Position numbers and translations under genes: made by a program. A DNA stretch of 33,729 nucleotides from a virus (Duplodnaviria > Caudoviricetes), in the IMG/VR virus record IMGVR_UViG_3300037048_000077, positions 1-33,729 of that record; one strand, given 5' to 3'. The notes below the pieces were generated by a model. It was given only the letters and a program-made list of their open reading frames with translations. It searched no databases and was not told the origin of the DNA. Below, in pieces: positions 1 to 6,825 of this stretch (positions are counted from its first letter, which is position 1; each line of letters opens with the position of its first letter).

Positions 1-502
1 AAATTTTGTTCGGGTGTAATCGTCCGCTAAATCCAGCACCGTATGGATTCCATTTAAACCCTTTGTCTTTAGCAGCAGTTGCTATGCGGATATTGCTTTC
101 GGCCGGACCAGTGCGACAAACCAAATAATTCCACCAGTTTTCTTCCGTTGCGGAAAACAAATCTATTGGAATTCCGGAATCACAATGCACCATTAACTTA
201 TTTTTCAAACCATAGGTTGTTAATCCGTTTACATTCAACCGTCGCCGGAATATTCCGGATGTTTCAAGAGACAATATTTTATAATCTGCCTTATTTTCAG
301 TAGTAAACCCAAAAAGCAAATTAGGGTCGCTGGCAGTTTGCTGTTTGCCGATGTAAAGAATTTCCACATCACCAACAACGGTTTTGCGTCGGCGCAACGA
401 GCCTGCGATTGTGATTCTATCGCAAAACGGGGACAATGCGGAAACTAAATCCATTGCCACCGCATAAGCTTCTGCATAAGTGTATTTTATTTTTTGGTTC
501 AT
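1..502 (-). CDS. DNA polymerase X-family (beta-like nucleotidyltransferase), minimal form, truncated by window edge
   Basis: Absent from the ORF track; translated by hand from ATG 502, which overlaps the upstream stop (ATGA): MNQKIKYTYAEAYAVAMDLVSALSPFCDRITIAGSLRRRKTVVGDVEILY...GIPIDLFSATEENWWNYLVCRTGPAESNIRIATAAKDKGFKWNPYG. AGSLRR..GDVE and IDLF...RTG are PolX motifs. Confidence 0.85.
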   Translation of the reverse strand, partial: MNQKIKYTYAEAYAVAMDLVSALSPFCDRITIAGSLRRRKTVVGDVEILYIGKQQTASDPNLLFGFTTENKADYKILSLETSGIFRRRLNVNGLTTYGLKNKLMVHCDSGIPIDLFSATEENWWNYLVCRTGPAESNIRIATAAKDKGFKWNPYGAGFSGRLHPNKI

Positions 503-858
503 GCGATTGGCACTTTCCCAATGAGTTCAACCTCTACTACGTACTCACCCTTGGCCTGCCCGTATCGCCAGCACAGCTCCGGCGACTCTCTGTCATTCAC
601 CAACCCCAGCGCATCTGCAACGCCGTCGCGCACCGACTTAAGCGCCCCGGCCAAATTGTCTTCGTCGAATTCCTTTCTCCCGCTGCGCGTGATCCAGATC
701 GTCCACGGTTTCGGTGGTAGTATTTTCCCAAAGATCGCGTTGGCGACGAATAAGCACGCTTTCTGACGGTGTTCTCTCGCCATTCGCGACCGCGCAATTG
801 GGTGTTGGCGTTGGTTCAACGTCGAATTCACGCGCAACGGGATTTTAATTTTCATCAA
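499..858 (-). CDS. RusA-like Holliday junction resolvase
   Basis: FDEDNLAGALKSVRDGVADALG matches the RusA D-x-DN..K...D motif; 119 aa; located in a recombination operon. Confidence 0.75.
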   Translation of the reverse strand: MMKIKIPLRVNSTLNQRQHPIARSRMAREHRQKACLFVANAIFGKILPPKPWTIWITRSGRKEFDEDNLAGALKSVRDGVADALGLVNDRESPELCWRYGQAKGEYVVEVELIGKVPIA

Positions 859-1280
859 AACGGCTCCTCAGCATGATCTGCACTGTTGAGATACGCCCAT
901 TTCTTTTCGGCTTCCTCGATTGCCGCCGCGTTCGAGGACGGAACGGAGCGGCGATTAATCCAACTAACTGACCATTCATCACGCTCCGGATCGCGGGTCA
1001 TCGTGAACCGCAAATCCAACTTGTCCCAACCGGCGTTTTTCGCGGCCAATCCTTTCAACGATTTCCCATCCCAACCCAACGCATTCATCAGCGCGTCGCG
1101 CTGGTGGACGTTGCACGCGCCGTCTTTTTTGATCAGCGAAATGAACGCGGTTTCGGTCTGCGGCCCTTTGGTCGTTTCCATTTCGCATTCTGCGGTAAAG
1201 TACACCGCGCCATCCTTGACGTACACGCCCCACGTTTTGATTTTCCCGTTGAGGAATGCTTGGTTCTCTCTGTCTGCCAT
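855..1280 (-). CDS. Putative ssDNA-binding protein (DUF669-like)
   Basis: Beta-rich 141-aa protein with an acidic ...AEEPF C-terminus typical of SSBs; next to nuclease and annealase genes. Confidence 0.45.
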   Translation of the reverse strand: MADRENQAFLNGKIKTWGVYVKDGAVYFTAECEMETTKGPQTETAFISLIKKDGACNVHQRDALMNALGWDGKSLKGLAAKNAGWDKLDLRFTMTRDPERDEWSVSWINRRSVPSSNAAAIEEAEKKWAYLNSADHAEEPF

Positions 1281-1308
1281 GTTTTAGCCCGTCCTTTCTT
1301 GAAAAATG

Positions 1309-2343
1309 TTATTCCCCCGCGACCAATCGCGGAGCTCCTAGTTTGGTGAAAATTAACGGCTTGATCACTTCAACAACTTTTTTTGCCTTGCCCCACTTTT
1401 TTTCAAGCTGCGCGGGTGAAGCCAGCTCGGTTGTGTAGATGCTCTCCTCTGGTTTCTCCAACAACACGGCGACTTCCGCCAACCGCTTTTCGTCAACGTC
1501 CGGCCCCCAGATGCGAGACGGTCGGCCGTCAACCAACTTGAAGCCCGGCACGGTCCCGCCGGCTAATGCAATTTGGTACGCCTTTTGTTCGAGGCACTTC
1601 ATCCACGGGTCCAGTTTTTTTGCCAGCAGGAGCAACCGCCCAATTTCTGACGGCGGTAATTGTCCCGGTTCCTGTGAGATCGGCAGCATGTTGGCGATTT
1701 CCAATAGTGCCGGACAATGAGAGGCCGCACGACAGTAGCGGCAACCGTCGGTCGTCGGCAAAAATGGCGCGAACGGGCTTTTGCAATGCGCGACAATTTC
1801 ATTTATTCGCTTTGCAATCTTCGGCCAATCATCAGCCGTGTATTGGTGTTGAGATACCTTGCCCTTTGCGGCCATGATCACAGCAACATCAATGGTTTCG
1901 CATTCACATTCGATATGCACGCCAAGCGCGTACGCACCCAACTGCAAGTTTTCGTCGGCCGGTTCTGGGTCGTTAAAACCGAATTTCCAATCCACCACTA
2001 CGGCATGCTGGAACGGCTCAACAACAACAAGATCGGCCGTTCCGAAAATTTCATCAGTGATTTGCAGGTATTTTTCGGGGAGAAAATTAGCCGTTGGGTT
2101 TTGTGATTTCAGCAAATCAATAAACCCAAAACACGCATTGACTGACTCTGCACTTTCGCCGGCAGCATCGAGCAACGGTTGCCGTTCTTTGCCACAGATG
2201 TAAGCGGCAACCAAATCATGCAACTTGCTTCCTTCTCCGGCTTGTTCAGATTCGATTTCCGGCAAATCTTTTTCAGCGCGATACGACGCCGGACACAACG
2301 CACGCCGCTGAAGCGCCGATGGACCAAATGGGGAATGAGGCAT
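1309..2343 (-). CDS. DUF2800 / Cas4-like PD-(D/E)XK exonuclease
   Basis: HSPFGPSALQRRALCPAS, GSKLH, FGTADL, VVDWKFG, QLGAYALG and C-terminal CRYCRAASHC. Start moved to ATG 2343, which follows an AAGGAG RBS. Confidence 0.85.
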   Translation of the reverse strand: MPHSPFGPSALQRRALCPASYRAEKDLPEIESEQAGEGSKLHDLVAAYICGKERQPLLDAAGESAESVNACFGFIDLLKSQNPTANFLPEKYLQITDEIFGTADLVVVEPFQHAVVVDWKFGFNDPEPADENLQLGAYALGVHIECECETIDVAVIMAAKGKVSQHQYTADDWPKIAKRINEIVAHCKSPFAPFLPTTDGCRYCRAASHCPALLEIANMLPISQEPGQLPPSEIGRLLLLAKKLDPWMKCLEQKAYQIALAGGTVPGFKLVDGRPSRIWGPDVDEKRLAEVAVLLEKPEESIYTTELASPAQLEKKWGKAKKVVEVIKPLIFTKLGAPRLVAGE

Positions 2344-2356
2344 TGTGATCTCCTTT

Positions 2357-3205
2357 CTATTCGGCTTCGGCTTGAACGGCCGCAAGGATTTCCGCGTATT
2401 CGCCGGTCGGCACGTCGGCGAATTTTCGGCCCTTAAGGAATTTTTCACGCGGCACCAAAACGTTGTTTTCGTTTTTGGCCTTCATCCATTTGGTGATTGC
2501 ATCCGACACCATCTTTTTCGTTACAGATTCCGGCGGCGACGCTGGTACGGCCTCAGCCGGGGGGACCGGGTCGTTAGCCGGCGCAGTCGTCGCCGCCGGA
2601 GGTGTTGGAGTAGGAGGCGGCTGTTTTTCAAACGGTGCTTCGGCTTGGGGAATTCCGCGCGTCCAGCCGCTTGACGGCTTTTCGTTTTGAGGCTCGAAAT
2701 CTTCGGCCTCTTCCGGCGCGTAAAATCCATTTACGGCTTTGGCGCACACGGCCCGCACGCCCTCGGCCGTCGCTCGCGCGCGGAGCATCTGGCGTGAAAA
2801 TTTGGCGTAAACTGATTTCACGTACTGCTTTTTCGTCTTGGGGTCTTCGGCCATTGCCACGCCGGAAGATTTCAATTCTTCCATTGAGATTTTCACCTTG
2901 AACGGCTTTTGCGAATTCGGACCGTAAAAGTCCGCCTCGCAAATTTCCGAAGTCGTTTGTTTCCACTCCACGCGCCCGCCGGCCTTTTCCAATTCGGCAA
3001 GCATAGCCTCCGCCCGCATCGTCAGCTTGCCGCCGAAGACGTGGTACGTGCGCATGTACTGGAAGGCGTCAACCCCGTTTGCCAGCGCGGAAATTGCGAT
3101 AATCTTTCCCTGATCCGGAAGAGAAACGCCAAACATTCCACTACGTGCAATCCAATCGCCGATTTTTTCGGCAACTTGGACTTGTTCCATTGTCAACTGT
3201 TGCAT
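2357..3205 (-). CDS. RecT/Redbeta-like single-strand annealing protein
   Basis: YAKFSRQMLRARATAEGVRAVC...GFYAPEE motif followed by a Pro/Ala-rich linker; adjacent to the exonuclease. Start moved to ATG 3205. Confidence 0.7.
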   Translation of the reverse strand: MQQLTMEQVQVAEKIGDWIARSGMFGVSLPDQGKIIAISALANGVDAFQYMRTYHVFGGKLTMRAEAMLAELEKAGGRVEWKQTTSEICEADFYGPNSQKPFKVKISMEELKSSGVAMAEDPKTKKQYVKSVYAKFSRQMLRARATAEGVRAVCAKAVNGFYAPEEAEDFEPQNEKPSSGWTRGIPQAEAPFEKQPPPTPTPPAATTAPANDPVPPAEAVPASPPESVTKKMVSDAITKWMKAKNENNVLVPREKFLKGRKFADVPTGEYAEILAAVQAEAE

Positions 3206-3220
3206 GATTTGTCCCCTTTT

Positions 3221-3306
3221 CCCGTGCGCTCTTCGGAGTGAAAAGCGCGGCTTGTGATGTGATGGTCCGTCTCGTCGGGTCACGTCTGGTCCCGTCAGGT
3301 CGCAAC
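3221..3306 (-). ncRNA. Pentamer (GAC-NN) array 1 with 3' handle/hairpin; putative guide RNA
   Basis: Minus strand after TGA: GC GAC CT GAC GG GAC CA GAC GT GAC CC GAC GA GAC GG ACC AT CAC AT CAC AA GCC, then hairpin GCGCTTTTC-ACTCC-GAAGAGCGC. The repeat is seen directly; the RNA function is inferred. Confidence 0.75.
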
Positions 3307-3846
3307 TCACTGGCAAGCATGAAGGAAGTCAACGGAGATCGTCAGCTTCGGCGCTTCCCCGCGTTTTTTCGTTTCCTCCAACAGCCGCTCTTCGTACTTC
3401 CGAGACGAAAACAAAACCTTCGCCCGCAACTTGGCTTCAAGCATCAACGCATCCATCCGCTTGACTTGTGAAAGCGTCTGGTGATCAACCACTTCCAACT
3501 TTTTGATTAGCTTTCGCTCTTTACGCGTGATGGAGTCTTCGTGTCCCTTGACCACTTCTACCCAACCGTCAGTGGTCACCCGCTTGACGCCCACGCCGTG
3601 CACGCAGTCGAAAAACATGTGGTCATTGCGCCACAGGTAGTTCCGTGCGGCATCGAGATTGCTTCGCGCCTCGTTCTGCACGTCGCGGCCGATTTTTTTG
3701 GTCAACTCTGAATACTCCAAAATGTCGCCTTCGGCCATTTCGCGCATTCGCTCGATGAGCACTTTGGTATCAGGCGACTGTTCAAATCGGCCTTTTACAA
3801 TGTTTCCGTTTTGGTCAACAATGACCAAGCGTTTTTTTTCAACCAT
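3307..3846 (-). CDS. Hypothetical winged-HTH-like protein between arrays 1 and 2
   Basis: GDILEYSELTKKIGRDV...LDAARNYL....FDCVHGVGVKRV resembles a wHTH with wing; helical C-terminus; AGAGG RBS. Confidence 0.55.
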   Translation of the reverse strand: MVEKKRLVIVDQNGNIVKGRFEQSPDTKVLIERMREMAEGDILEYSELTKKIGRDVQNEARSNLDAARNYLWRNDHMFFDCVHGVGVKRVTTDGWVEVVKGHEDSITRKERKLIKKLEVVDHQTLSQVKRMDALMLEAKLRAKVLFSSRKYEERLLEETKKRGEAPKLTISVDFLHACQ

Positions 3847-3865
3847 TTTAAAATCCTCTTTTCTA

Positions 3866-3945
3866 TGCGCAAAAAATTAGCGCGGCTTGTGATGGTACGT
3901 CCTGGCTCGTCATGTCCCGTCGCGTCGGGTCCTGTCGGGTCGCGA
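3866..3945 (-). ncRNA. Pentamer (GAC-NN) array 2; putative guide RNA
   Basis: Minus strand after TAA: GC GAC CC GAC AG GAC CC GAC GC GAC GG GAC AT GAC GA GCC AG GAC GT ACC AT CAC AA GCC GCGC, with a shorter GCGC..GCGC stem. Confidence 0.75.
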
Positions 3946-4503
3946 TTATTTCCACGTGACGCGCTTGACGCTGAACCGCCCCCAATACCCATTGTTGCGC
4001 GGGCGGAAAAAGCCCAATCCGATGAACTTTCCGGCCTGTTCCAGATGTTTTTCAAAAACATCATTCGTAATTGTTTCGTCAAGAATGTGGATGATCGCAT
4101 TTGCCGCCCAATGCTGAATTGTCGGAAAGCATTTCCATACCCGTTTCCCACTCCCGCGAACTCCATCTGCCGGAACAAAAAGCCACGTGCCGGGCACGTC
4201 AGCGGCCTTGATTTCCAAAGAAATTGGTTCCATGCACATAATTCCAGCTTCAAAGTGTTTTGTGTACGTACTTTTTCCCCGGCCCGGAATTTGGATTCCG
4301 AGATATTTCGCGGCTTCGGCGAGACAATTTTTGATGGCCGTCGGTGGGATAAAAACCAACCCCTTTTCGTCCACGTGGAGCCGTTCTTTCCAGCACCGGG
4401 TTTCATGGTCCTTAGCCGTTTCTTTTTGGCCTCGCTCCGTTTGCAGCGGCGCACTCTGCCCATATGGCGCTTCGCTTTTCAACTCACAAATGGCTGTTCT
4501 CAT
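3946..4503 (-). CDS. Stand-alone Cas7/RAMP-like RNA-binding protein (185 aa)
   Basis: N-terminal beta strand (MRTAICELKSEAPY), FIPPTAIKNCLAEAA resembling the RAMP IP.s.iKG.lr helix, and a C-terminal Gly-rich loop AGKFIGLGFFRPRNNGYWGRFSV. Start moved to ATG 4503. Confidence 0.75.
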   Translation of the reverse strand: MRTAICELKSEAPYGQSAPLQTERGQKETAKDHETRCWKERLHVDEKGLVFIPPTAIKNCLAEAAKYLGIQIPGRGKSTYTKHFEAGIMCMEPISLEIKAADVPGTWLFVPADGVRGSGKRVWKCFPTIQHWAANAIIHILDETITNDVFEKHLEQAGKFIGLGFFRPRNNGYWGRFSVKRVTWK

Positions 4504-4522
4504 TTTCGATTCCCCTTCCACT

Positions 4523-4619
4523 TTCCCGTGCGCTTTTCGGAATGAAAAGCGCGGCTTGTGATGGTACGTCCTGGCAGGTCATGTCCCGTCGTGTCGGGTC
4601 TTGTCGGGTCGAGTCGCAA
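4523..4619 (-). ncRNA. Pentamer (GAC-NN) array 3 with 3' handle/hairpin; putative guide RNA
   Basis: Minus strand after TGA: GC GAC TC GAC CC GAC AA GAC CC GAC AC GAC GG GAC AT GAC CT GCC AG GAC GT ACC AT CAC AA GCC, then perfect hairpin GCGCTTTTC-ATTCC-GAAAAGCGC. Confidence 0.75.
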
Positions 4620-4899
4620 TCACCCATGCACCCGATACGTCTTGAAATTCGCCCGACTGGTTTCGATGTACTCATTACACCGCCCGCATAGCCGGTTGCA
4701 TTTGCTTTGCGGTCGAAACCTATGCCCGCAACGCAAACAATGCTTAAACGGGTACTGTTTTTTTTGGAGTGAACATCAACAGAAACTCGTTCAGCGTTAT
4801 TCCGTAGCGCACTCCTCGGTACTTGTACGCACTCTCGTGATTGGCGCAAAGCTGGTATCGGCGATTCCCGCACTTGTCACCGCAGACAAGGCATTTCAC
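4620..4899 (-). pseudogene. Cys-rich zinc-finger protein apparently split by one extra base in an A8 tract
   Basis: GTG 4899 gives KCLVCGDKC..LCANH..MFTPKK. Removing one A at 4758-4765 continues QYPFKHCLRCGHRFRPQSKCNRLCGRCNEY...HG* to TGA 4620. The span is 280 nt (3n+1). Confidence 0.5.
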
Positions 4900-5054
4900 G
4901 ACAAAAGCGCCGCTGCAAAAAGAACGACCGCCGCCAGTATCATGCAAACACCAATCACTGCAGCGTTGACGACAAGCTCCCCAGATTCGCGGCCCTGTCC
5001 GCCACTAATGGCCGGCCAATGAGCAGAAGAGTCATACGGCGATTTGTTTGGCAT
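4896..5054 (-). CDS. Small membrane protein (52 aa)
   Basis: Hand-translated MPNKSPYDSSAHW...VVNAAVIGVCMILAAVVLFAAALLS*; GGAG RBS; its stop overlaps the next GTG. Confidence 0.55.
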   Translation of the reverse strand: MPNKSPYDSSAHWPAISGGQGRESGELVVNAAVIGVCMILAAVVLFAAALLS

Positions 5055-5295
5055 TTTTCGGTTCTCCGTACATGTATGCGCGTACGTCGTCGGGATGGTA
5101 AAAACCCGTCGGCATCCGCTTCAGTTTTCCGGCCCCAACCAAATTGCAAACCGACTGGCCTGCTATGCCCAAAATCAGCGCCACTTCGTCGCGCGTCAGC
5201 GGTGCGGCCGTTGGCCCGGTTCGCTCGAACTTCAGCAACGCAACCCGCGCATCCGCTGGCGTCTCGCATCTCTTCTTTCGTATGGTTGGAATCAT
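5032..5295 (-). CDS. Excisionase-like HTH protein
   Basis: LTRDEVALILGIAGQSVCNLVGAGKL...YHPDDVRAY matches the Xis/MerR-type HTH pattern. Confidence 0.7.
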   Translation of the reverse strand: MIPTIRKKRCETPADARVALLKFERTGPTAAPLTRDEVALILGIAGQSVCNLVGAGKLKRMPTGFYHPDDVRAYMYGEPKNAKQIAV

Positions 5296-6095
5296 TTCGC
5301 GTTTTCCGGCTTGAATTCGTCACGCAAGTTTTCGAACGCTTCAAACAGATCAGCAGTTTGCGCCGGTGTGAATCCGTATGAATGGCGGCAATGCTCGATT
5401 TCTGCGCGAAGTTTTTCGGCAAGTTTGAAGATCGCAGCAACGCATTTTCGCTGTTCTTCTGCGTTTAATTCGTCCTGTGATTTTTCCTTGTTTGCGGCTT
5501 TTTTCTTTTTGGCTTTGATTTTCTGTGCTTCGGCGTGGATCGTAGTTTTGCCTTCGCGCAAGGCTTGTTTGACTTCTTCCGTCGCTTCTTTTTGGATTGC
5601 ATTTATTTTACCCATTGTTCCGTCAGACACTTTTGATAATTCGGCAACCTTTTCGCGAACATTGATTTTCTTAATCGACGGGTTTGGCAATATTGCCAAA
5701 CCCGTGATTTTTTCTTTTTGTTCGTTTGTTTTTTTCGCCGCTTCAATTAAATTTTGCTTGGCAAGCTCACGCAAAACGGGAACAAGGGCAGTTGCTAACT
5801 CCGCTCTCTGATAGGCATTTAGATTCCTTCGTCCGAATTGCCTCATCACAATCCAGTAGATTGCCTCATTCTCATTTTGTAGATCATCCAGCACAACGGT
5901 TTGGTAAGGAATCCCGCGCCGTTCGCATATTTCAAATCGGTTGTGCCCGTCAAGGATGACGTTTCCTTGGTTCCATAGCACAATTGGGTCTGTGCAACCG
6001 TAGGCTACCAAGCACTTTTCAAGCTGATCGCGCTCTTCTTCGGCAAGCGGCGGAATGAGGGCTTGGAATTTTGGATTGATTTTGATCGTCGGCAT
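5292..6095 (-). CDS. ParB/Srx-domain protein with HTH
   Basis: LIPPLAEEERDQLEKCLVAYGCTDPIVLW...LDGHNRFEIC...GRRNL; later EKVAELSKVSDGTM HTH. Confidence 0.8.
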   Translation of the reverse strand: MPTIKINPKFQALIPPLAEEERDQLEKCLVAYGCTDPIVLWNQGNVILDGHNRFEICERRGIPYQTVVLDDLQNENEAIYWIVMRQFGRRNLNAYQRAELATALVPVLRELAKQNLIEAAKKTNEQKEKITGLAILPNPSIKKINVREKVAELSKVSDGTMGKINAIQKEATEEVKQALREGKTTIHAEAQKIKAKKKKAANKEKSQDELNAEEQRKCVAAIFKLAEKLRAEIEHCRHSYGFTPAQTADLFEAFENLRDEFKPENAK

Positions 6096-6098
6096 GGT

Positions 6099-6416
6099 TT
6101 ACCCCAAATGAATGAATTTCACAATCCCAATTGACTGCGAAAATGACAAATAGATTTCAACGGCTGGCTGTGGCTGAACGTGAGCGCCCCAACTTGCGCC
6201 TACCAGTCTGACGAATTCGCTTTCCGCGATTCTGTACGCTTTCAGAATCGCGTTTCTTTTCCACGGGGCGGGTAAATGTCCCGCCTCGATGTGACTGATC
6301 CACGCTTGGCGGCAACGCGCGGCAGTCGCAATGTCCGCCTGACGCAGCCCCAATACTTCCAAGCGATACTCCGCCAGGAAGCGGCACTCTTCGGATGTTG
6401 TCGGTTTCGTCTGCAT
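6099..6416 (-). CDS. XRE-family HTH protein
   Basis: YRLEVLGLRQADIATAARCRQAWISHIEAG. Confidence 0.7.
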   Translation of the reverse strand: MQTKPTTSEECRFLAEYRLEVLGLRQADIATAARCRQAWISHIEAGHLPAPWKRNAILKAYRIAESEFVRLVGASWGAHVQPQPAVEIYLSFSQSIGIVKFIHLG

Positions 6417-6666
6417 TTGTTGTCCCCCCACGGTTCAACAACTGCAACACGGACGCCGGCCACCCCTGCCCCATGGCAAGGGTCGTTGCGTCCTCAAAAG
6501 AAATTCCTAACTTGCGCGCGGTTTTTGAAATCAGCCTGTCACCCGGCTTGATGCCGTTTTCTACATTAGACAACGCTTGCGCCGACCACCCCAAAAAGGC
6601 TGAAAAATCGTGGTTCCGGTTAATGCGCCCTTCAAGACTCAAGCGCAACTTTCTGAGCAAGTGCAT
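6157..6666 (-). CDS. Cro-like XRE HTH regulator (C-terminal extension overlaps the next gene)
   Basis: LRKLRL...DFSAFLGWSAQALSNVENG; first gene divergent from cI; AAGGA RBS. Confidence 0.65.
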   Translation of the reverse strand: MHLLRKLRLSLEGRINRNHDFSAFLGWSAQALSNVENGIKPGDRLISKTARKLGISFEDATTLAMGQGWPASVLQLLNRGGTTNADETDNIRRVPLPGGVSLGSIGAASGGHCDCRALPPSVDQSHRGGTFTRPVEKKRDSESVQNRGKRIRQTGRRKLGRSRSATASR

Positions 6667-6825
6667 TTATTTTTCCTTTCCTATCGCGCACCCGAACGAA
6701 CGACAAACGAAATAAATACAGTAAAATGATTTACTGATAACGTAATATTATACTGATTTCTTTCGATTGCAAGGATAATTTTAAAAAATATTGAATATTT
6801 TTATTTTTTGTATAATCTTTTTACC
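6667..6825. promoter_or_regulatory. Divergent cI/cro control region with operator-like inverted repeats
   Basis: AT-rich; CAGTAAA-ATGA-TTTACTG (6719-6736); AAAAATATT-G-AATATTTTT (6784-6802); TATAAT on + at 6811-6816 and on - at 6752-6747. Confidence 0.7.

Noticed and set aside
1309-2343. Bona fide CRISPR Cas4 adaptation gene
   Set aside because: It fits the common phage DUF2800 nuclease paired with an annealase; no cas1/cas2 is present.
3221-4619. Calling the arrays a CRISPR array or simple microsatellites
   Set aside because: There are no 23-50 nt repeats with unique spacers. Slippage microsatellites would homogenise units, whereas here only two of five positions vary and all copies share a handle.
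3141-4873. ORFs crossing the arrays (3141-3332, 3795-4463, 3811-4545, 4484-4873, 4558-5022) and the 3206-3316 N-terminal extension
   Set aside because: These are shadow frames with low-complexity translations; the real genes have their own RBS and ATG downstream of each hairpin.
5044-5811. Long plus-strand ORFs antisense to phage genes (also 14546-15379 and 26240-27064)
   Set aside because: They mirror well-supported minus-strand genes and have no recognisable motifs.
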